NCBI RefSeq assembly: GCF_009914755.1
Contig: NC_060926.1
DNA from: the human T2T-CHM13v2.0 reference genome, Homo sapiens
DNA length: 64,000 bases
Strand: one strand, 5' to 3'
The notes below the pieces were generated by a model, which was given only the letters and a program-made list of their open reading frames with translations, ran no database searches and was not told the origin of the DNA. This document shows, piece by piece, positions 14,274 through 28,617 of the stretch. Position 1 is the first letter of the stretch. Each line of letters opens with the position of its first letter. The position numbers were made by a program, and so were the translations under genes.

Positions 14274-14330
14274 CTTATTCCTTACATCCTGAGCCTAAAA
14301 GCCTTATTCCTTATATCCGGAGCCTAAAAG
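14274..14330. repeat. 28-bp tandem duplication (period 29)
   Basis: CTTATTCCTTACATCCTGAGCCTAAAAG (14274-14301) and CTTATTCCTTATATCCGGAGCCTAAAAG (14303-14330); 2 mismatches. Confidence 0.9.
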
Positions 14331-14779
14331 TTTGCTCAAAAGTAGAAAACTTTCCAGACAAGATCACATACAAAATGGTTAACATGAAATGCTAATGAAG
14401 AAACAAGGCAAGAATGAATACAAGAGAAATGGAATCTGGGGAAAAAAGTAGGTTCTCTAACTGGGGCAGGGATCTTGCTTCTTGGGGGCATATGGTTGGA
14501 TCCCAGGTGGGCCACGAAAATCATCTTGGATATTTGTTTACAGGCTGATTCCTGAGTTTCCCTCCAAAGATTCTGAGTCCACAGATCTAGGGTGTGGACC
14601 GAGAATCCTCATTGTAACAAGCACCCTCTGCCCCCGGGACATTTTAAGGTAGATGGAGAACTAAGGTGAGAGTGTGCCAGCTAAATACTCTTTCCTTTGT
14701 CCCTGTGCCTCAGTCTTTTTTGTTTGTTTTTTTTCATATGACACTCAGTAGGAAAGTCTAGTTCAAGAACCGGAAACTG

Positions 14780-14935
14780 AGCCGGGCATGGTGGTGCGCA
14801 CCTGTAGTCCCAGCTACTCAGGAGGCTGAGGCAGGAGGATGGCTTGAGCCTGACGCCCATGCCGCTGTGAGCTATGATTGCACCACTGCCCTGAGCCTGG
14901 ACGACAGAGCAAGTTCCTGTCTTAAAAAAAAAAGT
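14780..14935 (+). mobile_element. Alu monomer (FRAM/AluJ right arm)
   Basis: Single right-arm-type monomer with A tail. Confidence 0.8.
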
Positions 14936-15961
14936 AATAAAAAAGACATTTAAAAAAAAATTAGAGCTCAGTGACCTGTGACTCACTTTGCCACTTTGTC
15001 ATTTTCTTGACTTCTGTCCCAACGCCAGCCCTGTAATATGGAGATAAAGAGTGGGGAGGACAGAACTCTGAAACCTAAAAGGCAAGATTTTTGCTAAACC
15101 GGAGAACGTAAAAATACATTCCTAGAGGCAATCTAACCAGCCAGATAACCAGAAGTTTACTCTTCAAAGCCAAGAATCAGTACCCCCACCTCACCTTCCA
15201 TTCTCTCTTAGGCTTTGTCTATGTCTCTAAGGGGAGTTTTTCAGTTGACTGATGAGGTCCTGACTGGTAGGGAAAGCCTGCAGGGAAATCCTGTGGCAAA
15301 GCACACTCTTGATCACCTACTTAACAAGAAGGTCTAGCAGGACATTCTTGATCCAGGTCAGCTTCTTCCCTGAAAATAATACATATTTTTAATTTCTGTT
15401 TGAAAAAACTCCACTGTGAAATTACTCTGCTTATATTAGAAGGTATGAAGACAGTAGTTATGTACTGTTCGTTTGCATACGGTCATTTTGAGATAGAAAA
15501 ATTAAATTTTTTTAGGAAAAGAATTTCAAGCAACTTTCTACGAAAATACAGCTTGTGGTTAAATTTCCTAATGAAAGAGGAATTATTCACTGAAAAATTT
15601 GTCTAATCTGTGCCACCTCAAAATAAGAATTGTGCCTCTTCAATGAATGTTGTATATGAGAATGTTACATTTGTAACAGCACAGGAAACTCAATAAATTA
15701 TAAATGAATTACATAAAGAGATTTTTTTGTGTACAGTATGTCCTGATGACTTTTCTACATTACTAATTTTACAAAAATTACTAAATTTGCCAAATATTTT
15801 TATCTGTTTGAAGCAAGAGACTTCACATAGGATATAAAGCTTGAGTACTTATATCTGACTATATTTCCAGGTCTTCTTCATGTGTTTTCAAATCGAATAC
15901 TAAAACACAGATTCTTTTCCTGAATTTTGAACTGAATTTTCCTGAATATTAAAAGACTTAA

Positions 15962-16308
<347 letters not shown>

Positions 16309-17971
16309 CTAGATTATGGGAGAAAAGCTGTAGTTCATGAAGTCTGCAGGAAACTCACAATCACTTAGGTGAGAGTTTCTTCCATCTTGGTCTCTTGGGA
16401 AAGTTCTAGGGATTCATTTACATTCATTCAATAATTCTCCCTTGGGAAGAGAGATTTCATGGGGGCTATTTTCTATCTGTCAATGGTGAAAACACTTTCA
16501 ATAAAACAATGATGATGTGTTTAGTTTGTAATCTGTACACGTATTATAAGTAGATGATTTATCAGTCTTAATCTCCAAGTCTCCAATTTCTTCAAAAGAA
16601 GTAGAGGAAGAAATATTTTCAGAGTGTCAAAACAACATACCAACTGTTTGGTTAACTGGAATCCCAAAATCTGTTTTTTGTAAAACAAACATTGGTAGTC
16701 AACCTATTTCAATCCTGCTGGAATGTGATAAACTCACATGCTCTGGGGCCTTTCTACAGCCTGGCCTCACTGTGGTGCATTTATGGGCTGGTACCCAGTC
16801 TATCCTGACACTGTCCAATCACAGAAATGTGAGGACCTTGTAATATCACGTCCTAGGGATAAGTTCCTAGGGCTCTATTGAGGAGAAACTTTGATGTGGT
16901 TGGCAAGAACACACAAAGAAGTCAGTCTTGTCTCCTTTTCTGTGTATGCACCAGAAGTTATCAGCTTAGAGGGAAGGGGGAGGTGGCGAGAGAAGATTGA
17001 GAAAATGCTAAACACTTGAAATGACAAAGAAATGCCCCCACCCCCTTTGCCATATGTACTTAAGTAACTGGGAAGCAAATTGAAAATAGAGAGACATAAT
17101 AGATGAAACTTTCATTTGCATAGTTTGTGATTATACAGTCACAGTTGCCATAAGTCAGTTTTCCTGCCCAATTATAAAATCATGCCAGAGAATTAATCTT
17201 TTATAAAAGTGCATATAGCCCCAGTTACATTAAACTATTGCTGGTGGTAGGCAGTGGTTTCTTGGTTTTGTTTTAGCTTGCTAAGTACAGAATTGGAGGA
17301 TACGATGGGATAAACAACTGAATACGTGACAACAGTTTGTTGACTCAGACAGAAAGCCATCAGATGGCAAGGGTTGACCGTTGAAGGATGTGGGTTGGCC
17401 TGACTCAGAACTGCACGGCCTGTCTGGCAGCTGCTTGGCCAGGCAGCTGTGCAATGTGGACAGCTGTCTGCCTGAAGACCAGCCTGCTTCAACAGCACAG
17501 GTTCTGCTAACATACATGCTAACAGGGCTGTTTTCTCTTTAAAACAATGGGTTTGATGGGTTGGGAGGGAGTGAAAACTATAAAAATAAATCTCTGCCAG
17601 GAAGCTCTCAAGTCTCTTAACGAGGTCATCCATATAGCAAGTACTCTAAGGTATAAATAATGAAAGCTCAGTATTTCCTACTTATTCCTGAAATTGTCCA
17701 TCATTTTTAAAGTTTACCAAGAGTAAACTTCCCAAATGTAACAGCTTAGTACTTTACCCTTCAAATTCAGATTTATAAAATTTTAGAAGAGAAATATAAG
17801 AATGAGAATTTTTCTTTCAAAGAAAATCAAACCACCTCACATTCAACCCTTCTCTTCCTTAAGATTCTCCTCCAAAATACTTAATTTTCTACTTCATTCT
17901 CAGAATTTTCTATATGTTAGCATAGTATTTTTTGGTTATTATTTTTTAAGCTGCTCATCTTCCCCAATTGC

Positions 17972-18245
17972 TTTATTATTATTATTATTTGAGACGGAGT
18001 CTCACTCTGTTGCCCAGGCCGGAGGGCAGTGGTGCGATCTCGGCTCATTGCAACCTCCGTCTCGTCTCGCGGGTTCAAGTGATTCTCCTGCCTCAGCCTC
18101 CCGAGTAGCTGGGATTACAGGCATGTGCCACCACGCCCACCTAATTTTGTGTTTTAGTAGAGATGGGGTTTCTCCATGTTGGTCAGGCTGGTCTCAAACT
18201 CCCGACCTCGGATGATCTGCCCGCCTCGGCCTCCCAAAATGCTAG
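17972..18245 (-). mobile_element. Alu (S-like), 5' end missing
   Basis: (TTA)n tail followed by reverse Alu body. Confidence 0.9.
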
Positions 18246-18361
18246 GAGTAATAATTTAAATATGTTTTAACCCGTTGCAGTTATTATTTTTACTGATGCT
18301 TAAATTGTCTCCTCTTTGGCCAGTGGGAAACTTATTAATCAGCTCCTGAGCCTCTTGACAC

Positions 18362-18660
18362 TGTGGTGCAGTGGTTCACACCTGTAATCCCAGCACTTTG
18401 GGAGACCAAGGAGGGCATATTGCTTGAGCCCAGGAATTGGAGACCAGCCTGGGCAATGTGGCAAAACCCTGTCTCTACAAAAAATACAAAAATTAGCTGG
18501 GTGCAGTGGCATGTGTCTCTAGTCTCAGCTACTTGGGAAACTGAGGCAGGAGGATCTCTTGAACCAGGGAGGTTGAGGTTGCTGGGAGCCAAGATCATGC
18601 CAGTGCACTCCAGCCTGGGGGACAAAGTGAGACTCTGTCTCTAAATAAATAAATAAATAA
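18362..18660 (+). mobile_element. AluJ-like
   Basis: Alu body with (TAAA)n tail; head-to-head with the preceding Alu. Confidence 0.9.
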
Positions 18661-19174
18661 GCCAGCATGAGCTTATTAGAGATCTACATTTTACTTTTAG
18701 TTTAGAGACATGGTCTCACTCATATACTTAGCAGTATATGAGTAGATGCATACAATGAACAAGATTCTCACTTAACACATGATTAAATCTGAAAAAAAAA
18801 GAAAGTGAAAACCTTAACAATATCCTCTCTCTCTCTCACAGACCCTTGCAGGAGTCAATATAACTAAATACGTCCTAAAATTTCAAGGAGAGTAGCCATG
18901 GTTCTTGATGATAAGACAAAGTATGCTCAGACTGAGGGGCTGAGGACAGCCGGATCCTTCCAGTCGTGTGGGAGAAGCAGTTGATGCTACTGCTCAGCTA
19001 CTTGGTGTGTCTGTTGTGCTGTGGTCTGTGCCTTGGCATGCAAGGTACATGAAGCAGGGTCAATGAAAATTGTGGAAAGTTATAGAGTACATAGAGGTTT
19101 AACAGTCTTATGGAAGAGTGTATAACAGTCCGTTCACTCTTGCTATAGTAATTCTAGTATTTATTGCATGGTGA

Positions 19175-19543
<369 letters not shown>

Positions 19544-19614
19544 TAGCTTTTTAAAAAAGGACACATGTAATAAGAGATAGAGTACTGAATATTTGTTTTT
19601 TAAGAAAATTGATA

Positions 19615-19742
19615 GCTACTTGGGAGGCTGAGGCAGGAGAATCACTTGAACCCTGGAGGCGGAGGTTGCAGTGAGCCATTACACTCCAGCCTGGGCAACA
19701 AGAGCAAGACTCCGTCTCAAAAAAAAAGAAAAGAAAAAGGAA
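19615..19742 (+). mobile_element. 5'-truncated Alu with 13-bp TSD
   Basis: TSD AAGAAAATTGATA at 19602-19614 and 19743-19755. Confidence 0.92.
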
Positions 19743-19831
19743 AAGAAAATTGATAAAGGATATGTAACTTGTACCAAGTGTTCATCAATGTTTACCATCC
19801 ACTATTGGTCATTTCATCCATCATGAAATCA

Positions 19832-20522
19832 ATGATGGGAAGTAGAGAAGACCACCCAAATGAGGGCAGAGGTTACTGACTCAGAGCTAGCTATAGCAAG
19901 AGAGTCAGCCTCCATCACTTGCATTTGGCAGAGACTCAAAGGCAGGAAAGAGAATAGTCAAGCTCTATATTTTAAGCAATTTCAGATATATTTGGTTTGG
20001 AAGTTGTTGGCAGGAAGAGATGCGGGTGGGCTAAGTGGAAGCAAGGCCTCTTAGGTGTTTGGTTTAGGGAGCATGTTTGACTTTCTCTGGTTGGTCCTGA
20101 GTTGGAAGAGGGGTTAAAAACAGGGAAGTTGGCAGCCATTGAACAAGTCCTGACTGTTCTGGACTGATTGTTGTAGGAGTTGTAATACGGTTTCCTGGAC
20201 CGGTTACTGTAGAGCAAGCTTGCCCAACCAACGGCCTGTGGGCCACATGTGGCCCAGGACAGCTTTGAATGTGGCCCAACACAAATTCATAAACTTTTCT
20301 TAAAACGTTATGAGATTTATTTTACTTTTTTTTTTTTTTTTTTTTAGCTCATCAGATATCATTAGTGTTAGTGCATGTTGTGTGTGGCCCAACACAATTA
20401 TTCTTCTTCCAGTGTGGCCCAGGGAAGCCAAAAGATTGGACACCCCTGCTGTAGAGGCTGTGGGTAAGAGTTCTATTGTCATATATGATGTGGCCTTGTC
20501 TGTTTGTATATTCAGTCTCTAA
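19832..20522. mobile_element. Solo ERV LTR (subfamily unassigned), interrupted by MER30
   Basis: LTR-like sequence (actcagagctagctatagcaagagagtcagcc...tgtatattcagtctct) that splits the Blackjack transposase. Confidence 0.6.
20215..20448. mobile_element. MER30 (hAT-Charlie MITE) with 8-bp TSD
   Basis: MER30-like body (...gccaaaagattggacacccctg); perfect TSD CTGTAGAG at 20207-20214 and 20449-20456. Confidence 0.88.
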
Positions 20523-20640
20523 CTTGAAAACCAGATTTAAATCTTGTGAATAAGCCATAGCATGTATTTGAAAAGTTAGTTGTTATTTTAAGAACTTCAT
20601 GCCTAAAGATGGTGATTTGACACACAGAGCAGCAGAAGGG

Positions 20641-20931
20641 GCTTTGTTTTTTTGTTTTTTTTTGTTTTTGTTTTGTTTTGTTTTTTGAGACAGATTCTCA
20701 CTCTGTCGCCCAGGCTGGAGTTCAGTGGTGAGATCTTGGCTCACTGCAACCTCCACCTCCAGGGCTCAAGCATTTCTCATGCCTCAGCCTCCTGAGTAGC
20801 CGGCACTACAGGCATGCACCACCATGACTGGCTGATTTTTTGTATTTTCAGTAGAGACAGGGTTTCACCATGTTGCCCAGGCTGGTCTCAAACTCCTGAC
20901 CTCTGGTGATCTGCCTGCCTCAGCCTCCCAA
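20641..20931 (-). mobile_element. Alu, slightly 5'-truncated, with TSD
   Basis: TSD AGCAGAAGGG at 20631-20640 and 20932-20941. Confidence 0.92.
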
Positions 20932-21436
20932 AGCAGAAGGGACATTTTCATAGCATTCCGTGAAGCATGAGTTTCATTCAGTTCACATGTCTCTACTTCT
21001 AAATTACCTTTACTCATTTTTTAATCCAAGTTTCGTGTGTGTACATTAACATGAAGTAATAGCTGTTAGTGTGTTGGCTCCAAGAGCAGAACTTTGCAGA
21101 TAGTTAAATAATGTCAATTTTATACCACTGGCATAAGATGCTTCAAATAGAAAATCAACTGAAGTAATTCCAAAAGTAGTTCAATTTTTTTCATCCAATT
21201 TATGAAATCAAAGTAAAACTTTTAGAAGTTAATTGTGTCGAAAATAAAATATCTGACACTATTTTGTGAACGTTACTAAAAATTCAGTTCAAAAGTTCAA
21301 CTGTGCTGTGAAGATGCAAATGTCGGTGGGTATAGCATTGTGGTAAAAGCAATGTTCTTATTAAGAAAACTTCAAGGCAAAAATATACTAGATATAAAAT
21401 AAGACAAAAATATGTATATACTAGATTTTGGCTACA

Positions 21437-21535
21437 GTATATATTATATAGTATAATATATATTATATATATTATATAGTATAATATATATTATATATAT
21501 TATATATATTTGGCTATAGTATATATATAGTATAA
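21437..21535. repeat. (TA)-rich simple repeat
   Basis: Repeated tatatattatatagtataatatata units. Confidence 0.85.
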
Positions 21536-23409
21536 TTCAAAACTGTGTTCAAACAGAGAAATCTTACCAATGAAAGTAGCTGTCACATTTAACAAATATT
21601 TATATAATTTCCAGTATACGTAATCAAATTACAAAATTTTTCTAGCAAAATTGATATTCAATTTTTAAAATCCCTGAAGTTTTCAGCATAGTTATATACC
21701 TTTTTTACTATCTATCATCAATTGAATTTTAAAATATTTGAGCCTTTGAAGTACTACTTTGTAAATCATCCTAAGTATCTTACAATGGTATTGAACTTTT
21801 ATGTAACAAGTCCCCTAAATTTTGTACTTTGCACAAAATCAGTTAGAAATTGTTAATCTAAATATTCCATGAATAGCATGCTAAAAACTTCAGTTTTTGA
21901 AGCTTTTAATGAATTGCAATTAGTGAAAAACAAAACTTCCAAACAGGATAACACTACATTTTATTCCTTCACAGAAGACAGGAACTGAATAAATTAAATG
22001 ATGAGGGCTCAAACAATGTAGACATAATCTTAAAATTTTCTAACTGGACTTTGGAATGTCGAGACTTACAAGAAGAATCTTTTGATCTAGTTCTTATTTT
22101 TAATTGCATAAATTTATATTCTTCATTCGAGTGGAATAAAATCAAGACCGCCCAATGGTTTTGCAGCATTTAAATTGACAAAACATTCAAAAGAATCTGG
22201 AGACAATTTATTTGACATATTTTGTCTTGTCAAAACTATTTGTTGCTTCAGGCGTTCTGACGAATGGCAAAAGGACAATTCTTGTGAAAATATTTAGGCT
22301 GAAATTTTACACATTTCACAACAAAAACTATTTTAGAATATCCTCCATTTAGCAGGATTTGCCCCAAATTTACCAAGTATTTCAGCACTTGCAGAGAGAG
22401 AGTAGTTTCTCAGTTAAAAATATTATTCTACTGTGAAGAAACAATTGAAGATGTAAACAATCACAAAATTATTAACCATAAAACACAATGTCAAAGAACA
22501 CTGCAGGCAATTTTAAGAAGAAAATGAAAAATAATAAGACCAGACACGCACTTTGGAAAATGCCAGTGATACAATATTAGAGATACATCTAAGTAACTGA
22601 TTAGTGGACACAAATATGTACCAAAAGTTATTATTCTGTTGAGTTTTTTTAATGTTCAGATAATCAATATGAATACATTTTTAAATTTGTTTTTAAATCC
22701 TTGTATATTCTTTTACGAATAAAACTTTCTAAATTTTCTAGATTTTTATTTTTTAAAAAAGAATTTTTTCTTTGAAAATTGAATACAATTGTTATAAGTC
22801 CACCAATATAATAACATGAATTTGTTGGTCAATAAATATTTTTTAAAATATAAAATTATAATGATGTTTAGCACCCCCTTCTCAAAAGTGTCCGGTTTGG
22901 ACAGTAAGTCACACAATTAATCTACATATCTGTAGCCCCCTCTCTTTCTAAAATTAGGTTCCTTGAAAACTTCTATGGTCATCAGTTCTCCCAGGGTTTA
23001 GGTCCAACAAGAGGGTTTTTAAAGGATAAGAAACCTACAACTCAACAACAAAAAAGCAAACACTTTATTTAAAAATGGGCAAAGGACCTGAATAGACATT
23101 TACCCAAAGAAGATACACAAATGGCCAACAAGCACTTTAAAAGGTGCTCAACATCACTACATTGCATTACGGAAATGCAAATCAAAACCACGATGAGATG
23201 CCACATCACAGAGAGTAGGATGGCTACTATAAACAAACGAACAAACAGCACACAAGTGTCAATGAGATTGTGGAGAAATTGGAACCCTTGTGATCTACTG
23301 ATGGCAATGTAAAATGGTGCACCTACTGTGGAAAAGAGTATGACAGTTTCCCAAAAAATTAAAATAGAATTACCATATGATCCAGCAATCTCACCTCTGG
23401 GTATATACC

Positions 23410-23757
23410 TACATCAGTTTCCTAGGGCTGCCATAACAGAAAACCATAGATTGAGTGACTTAACTGAAATTTATTTTCTCACAGCTCTGAAGACCGAAAG
23501 TTCAAGATCAAGGCATCAATCAGTAGGTGTGGTTTCTTCGTGGTCCCTCGGCCCATACAAGTATCTGGTGTCTCTCAGTGTGCCCAAATTTCCTCTTATA
23601 AGGACATCAGTCAGATTGAATTAGGGCCCACCCTAAGGACCTCATTTTAACTTAATTATCTCTATAAAGGCCCTGTCTCCAAATACAGTCACATTCTGAG
23701 ATACTAGGGATTATGGCTTCAACATAGGAATTTTGTGGGGACATTCAGCCCATAACA
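23410..23757 (-). mobile_element. MLT1B-like ERVL-MaLR solo LTR
   Basis: cagtttcctagggctgccataaca...attcagcccataaca termini. Confidence 0.8.
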
Positions 23758-24207
23758 ATATCCAGAAGAATTGAAATCAGGGTCTTGAGAAGATATTTAC
23801 ACAGCCATATTCACAATAGCCAAAAGGTGGAAGGAAGTAATCCAAGTGTTCACTGACTGAAGAATAAACAAAATGTGGTATATACATAAAATGGAATATT
23901 ATTCAGCCTTAAAAATGAAATAAATTCTGATGCATATACAACATGGATGAACCTTGAGGATATTATACTAAATGAAATAAGTCAGGTACAAAAAGACAAA
24001 TAGTGTATGATTCCACTTATATGAGGTACCCAAAGTAGTTAAATTCATAGAAATAGAAAGTATAATAGAAAAGTGGTTTCCAGGAGATGGGAGGAGTAGA
24101 AAATGGGACATTAGTATTTAAAAGGTACATACACAGTTGCAATTTTGCAAGAGAAAGAGTTCTGGAGATTGGGTGCACAACAAAGTGAATGTACTTGACA
24201 CTACTGA

Positions 24208-24533
<326 letters not shown>

Positions 24534-25318
24534 TAGGATGGTAAATTTTATGTTATGTGTACTTTACCACAAGTAAAATTTTTAAATAAAAAAATGACAT
24601 CTATATCCATGTTGTACCATTGTTAATTTCCTTGTTTTGATATTGCACTATATTTATGTAAGATGTAACCACTGAAGGACTTGGTGAAAGGTACAGGGAC
24701 ATCTCCATACTACCTTTGCAACTTCCCGTGAATCTTTAATTAGTTTAGAGCAAAAAGTGTTAATTTCATGTTTGTGTTAAAAAAAAAAAAAAGGAAGTTA
24801 TAGACTGCCAATCTCTTGGACCAGGATAATAGAACTTTATGAACACAGAGATTAAAGCCTATTTAACCACAGTTTGCCCATGATGGTAACTTTGATCAGA
24901 AAGAATCTCACAAGCTGGGACCCAACAGGACCAAGTAATCCATGTCATGATTATTACACGTTATCAGCCTTCCAGGGAAGTGGAATTTACAAGCTTTCCC
25001 TTTGGCATGGGGCCCAGGTGATGGCCTCCTATTGAGCAGAGTCCCCAGCAATAATTACCCTGCATGTCAAAGGCCTCATTTCCCCAAAACAGTAAACCAT
25101 AAAATGTAGCCCATATTCTCTCCATGTATATCACTCAATATCACACCGTAGAGGCATATAACTGATAATATTGCCTCTGGCCCATGCCAAATTGCAAGTG
25201 GTAGATTTTTTTTTTCCTTCCGAATTAAGAAACACAAGATTTACCCCTTTTCTTGGAAAAGTGTTAAGAGTCTAGCACCCCCAATAACTAGGGTCTACAA
25301 ATGTCTAAAAGTTATTAA

Positions 25319-25675
<357 letters not shown>

Positions 25676-26034
25676 TGACCTCAAATTTTTAAATGAAGGG
25701 ATTGGAGGTAACATCTAGGATTTTATCTAGTTCTGTCTTCTATGATTCAAACCCCAAATTCTCCACTGCAATGACTGCTTCTGGAATAAATATTCCTGGT
25801 TGCCTGTCTCTGAAAAAAAGCTCTCACATAAGGCTAATGAGAGGCGAAACTAAGGCAGGATCTCTCCTTTCAAGACCACATAGTCAGGGTTGTTTAATAA
25901 GCACACAAAGTAGAGACATATTTACCCATTCACCATGAAAAAACACCCCTATAAAAGGCCCAATACCTGGGCTTAATAGCTTCATTTCTTGTGTGATCTT
26001 GCAGTGTACATCAAAAAATTAACAAATAACATCC

Positions 26035-26287
26035 AGTGACATGATCTTGGCTCACTACAACCTCCGCCTCCCGGGTTCAAGCGATTCTCCTGTCTCAGCC
26101 TCCCTAGTAGCTGGGATTACAGGCATGCACCACCACACCCGGCTAATTTTGTATTTTTAGTGGAGATGGGGTTTCTTTCTCCATATTGGTCAGGATGGTC
26201 TCTCTCGAACTACCGACCTCAGGTGATCAGCCCGCCTTACGCCTCCCAAAGTGCTGGGATTACAGGCGTGAGCCACCGCCCCTGGCT
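26035..26287 (-). mobile_element. Alu lacking its 3' end and tail, abutting the CpG island
   Basis: Reverse Alu body starting at cagtgacatgatcttggctcac. Confidence 0.88.
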
Positions 26288-26389
26288 CCCCCACCGGCAA
26301 TTTCTAAAATGTATCGGTCTCCTCCCAAGCCCTTGTTCCTTCATCCCCCACCCGGGGCAGATTCAGACAAGCATTTATTTTAGTTCCTA

Positions 26390-26740
26390 AGCCGCGCGGT
26401 GCTCCCAGCTTCCGCGCCTCTGGGCGGCCCACACCCCTCCCCATCCTCTCCTCCGCGCCGCCGTCTTCGTTGCTCTTGGGTGGCCGCGGCGCCCGCTCCC
26501 TCTGAATTCGCCGGGCAGGGATACAGCCGCCCGGGGCCTCTTGCTCGTGCTTGGTTTTCCGGACCTTGCTTCCTAAAGGGTCTTTAGGGGTTCCCGGACT
26601 CCTCCGCCTGGGAGCCTCTATCCGCCTGGGAGCCTCTATGCGCCCCGCAAAGCCCCCGGCAGAGCCGAGGGGAGGCTTCATTGGCGACCTGGTGGGGCCT
26701 CGCGGCCCTGCTCCCTGACGTCAGCGCCGCCGCGGTGATT
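26390..26740. promoter_or_regulatory. CpG-island promoter (putative CHROMR promoter)
   Basis: High CpG/GC content; inverted CCAAT (ATTGG 26680-26684); full CRE palindrome TGACGTCA at 26716-26723; AT-rich element at ~26737. Confidence 0.85.
26603..26638. repeat. Perfect 18-bp tandem duplication in the CpG island
   Basis: TCCGCCTGGGAGCCTCTA x2, followed by a partial third unit (TGCGCC). Confidence 0.92.
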
Positions 26741-28135
26741 TAACAGCTTTTGTTTTGGGCAGAAGAACCTATGGGCACAAAAAGCAGGAACGAGTAGCGG
26801 TGGCTGAAGAACGAGCAGGAGCTTGAATTTCAGTTTTCTTATGAGGAATTTTCCAGAAAAGATATCTTCACTGTGAAATAACTAAATAAATGCCCACTCA
26901 GTACAGTAAGTATTGATATCGTCCTATAGCATTTGGCTAGAAAGTGGTGTCAATAGGGTTTTTCCTTCAGACTTTGCAATACTGTTCAGAAGGGCCAATG
27001 CCAATCCTTCTGTGAGGAAGTTTTTTTCTTCCTAAATATGTTAATTGCCTCAACTTGGACTAACGGTCACACTTGTGAATATGAGTGTAAGAAACAGTTT
27101 ATTTCTCACATGTATGAAAAGGAAATTTTCTTTCATCTATCTCAGGCCCCTATTCAGCGTAAAATCAAGATTATTTAACTTGCAAGATTAAACAACGACC
27201 TTATTTCAAATGAAATAAAATTCAGTCTGATCAGAAACCCCTTGGAGCAGTTTATATTAACCTAATTATCTTTTTACTGCAGTAAGTTAATTGAGGATTA
27301 TGGAATGCATCTAAAAAGCAGTTATATTTACAGGTCCCAAAATTAAATGCTAAGGAAAAGCATTTCTGCAAACCCAGGTAGTACGGACAAACCGAAGGGA
27401 GTTTTATTCTGTCAAGTTTTACTCTAAATTCAATCGTTGATCAGCTAGATCTCGGCTTGGTTATTCTTGGAGGAGCTGCCTTGCAAATGATTCCACTCTG
27501 AGCTCGCCGGCCACAGTAGCGTGAAATGGATGGCAGTCAGTTTCCTCTTCCTAAGACTGGGTGTGGTTTCTCTGGGCAGACTACACAGTGGCGACTCTGG
27601 CGGGATTTGAGGAGCCTGGAGAGGCCCACCACGTGTGTGTCTCCCCCTAGTGACCAACGGGCTGAAGTTCCTGTGGTTAAAGGCAATTGCTGATTTTGTC
27701 ATTAGCAGGAAGGTGAAGCTCAACGACCTCCTGCGTGTACAGCACCATTCTAGAAGCTGGATGTGTTTAAAGATATGATGCAATATGTACCCAGAAGGCA
27801 TAAGACTAGATCACTAGGGTACAAATTAAAATATCAAGTTGCATACGCTGAGTATGGGATTAGGTCAGCGGAACACGCTTTGGAAAACACTGCTTTAACG
27901 ACCTCATTCTGAGTCCCTGTAATGCTTAAGATTATAGCACAGTTTAGGCACCTTATATACATTATGATGGAATGCTTTCCTAGAGTGATATTCTGTGGTG
28001 GAAAGAGCAAATCAAAGGTCTTTGTGTTCTCTGTGACCGTGGAAGAAATTGCCATTAAGTAGTAATATAAATAGGGGTTTTAAAAAACGTGGGAAAAGTC
28101 TGAAGAAGCATTTGCAGAAACTCCTTACAAAGTCA

Positions 28136-28617
<482 letters not shown>

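Larger units (their letters stand above)
19545..22925 (+). mobile_element. hAT-Blackjack-type DNA transposon fossil, interrupted (left end uncertain)
   Basis: Degenerate transposase motifs: VTCTKCSSMFTIH (19764-19802), AAEG|TFS*HSVKH across an Alu insertion (20628-20970), LPSISALAER..FSQLK (~22370-22420); right end matches the MER81/Blackjack terminus (reverse complement tgtccaaaccggacacttttgagaagggggtgcta). Confidence 0.7.

Noticed and set aside
14274-14330. 28-bp direct repeats of CRISPR-like length
   Set aside because: Only two adjacent copies, no spacer, no cas genes, eukaryotic context
15249-15290. CTGATGA...GAAA, hammerhead-ribozyme-like core (also at ~9984 and ~10699)
   Set aside because: No stem II closed by the required G-C pair and no stem I/III complementarity
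26304-26681. 125-aa minus-strand ORF with a RIEAPR repeat
   Set aside because: GC-rich CpG-island frame with few stops; the peptide repeat simply reflects the 18-bp DNA duplication; no domain similarity recognised
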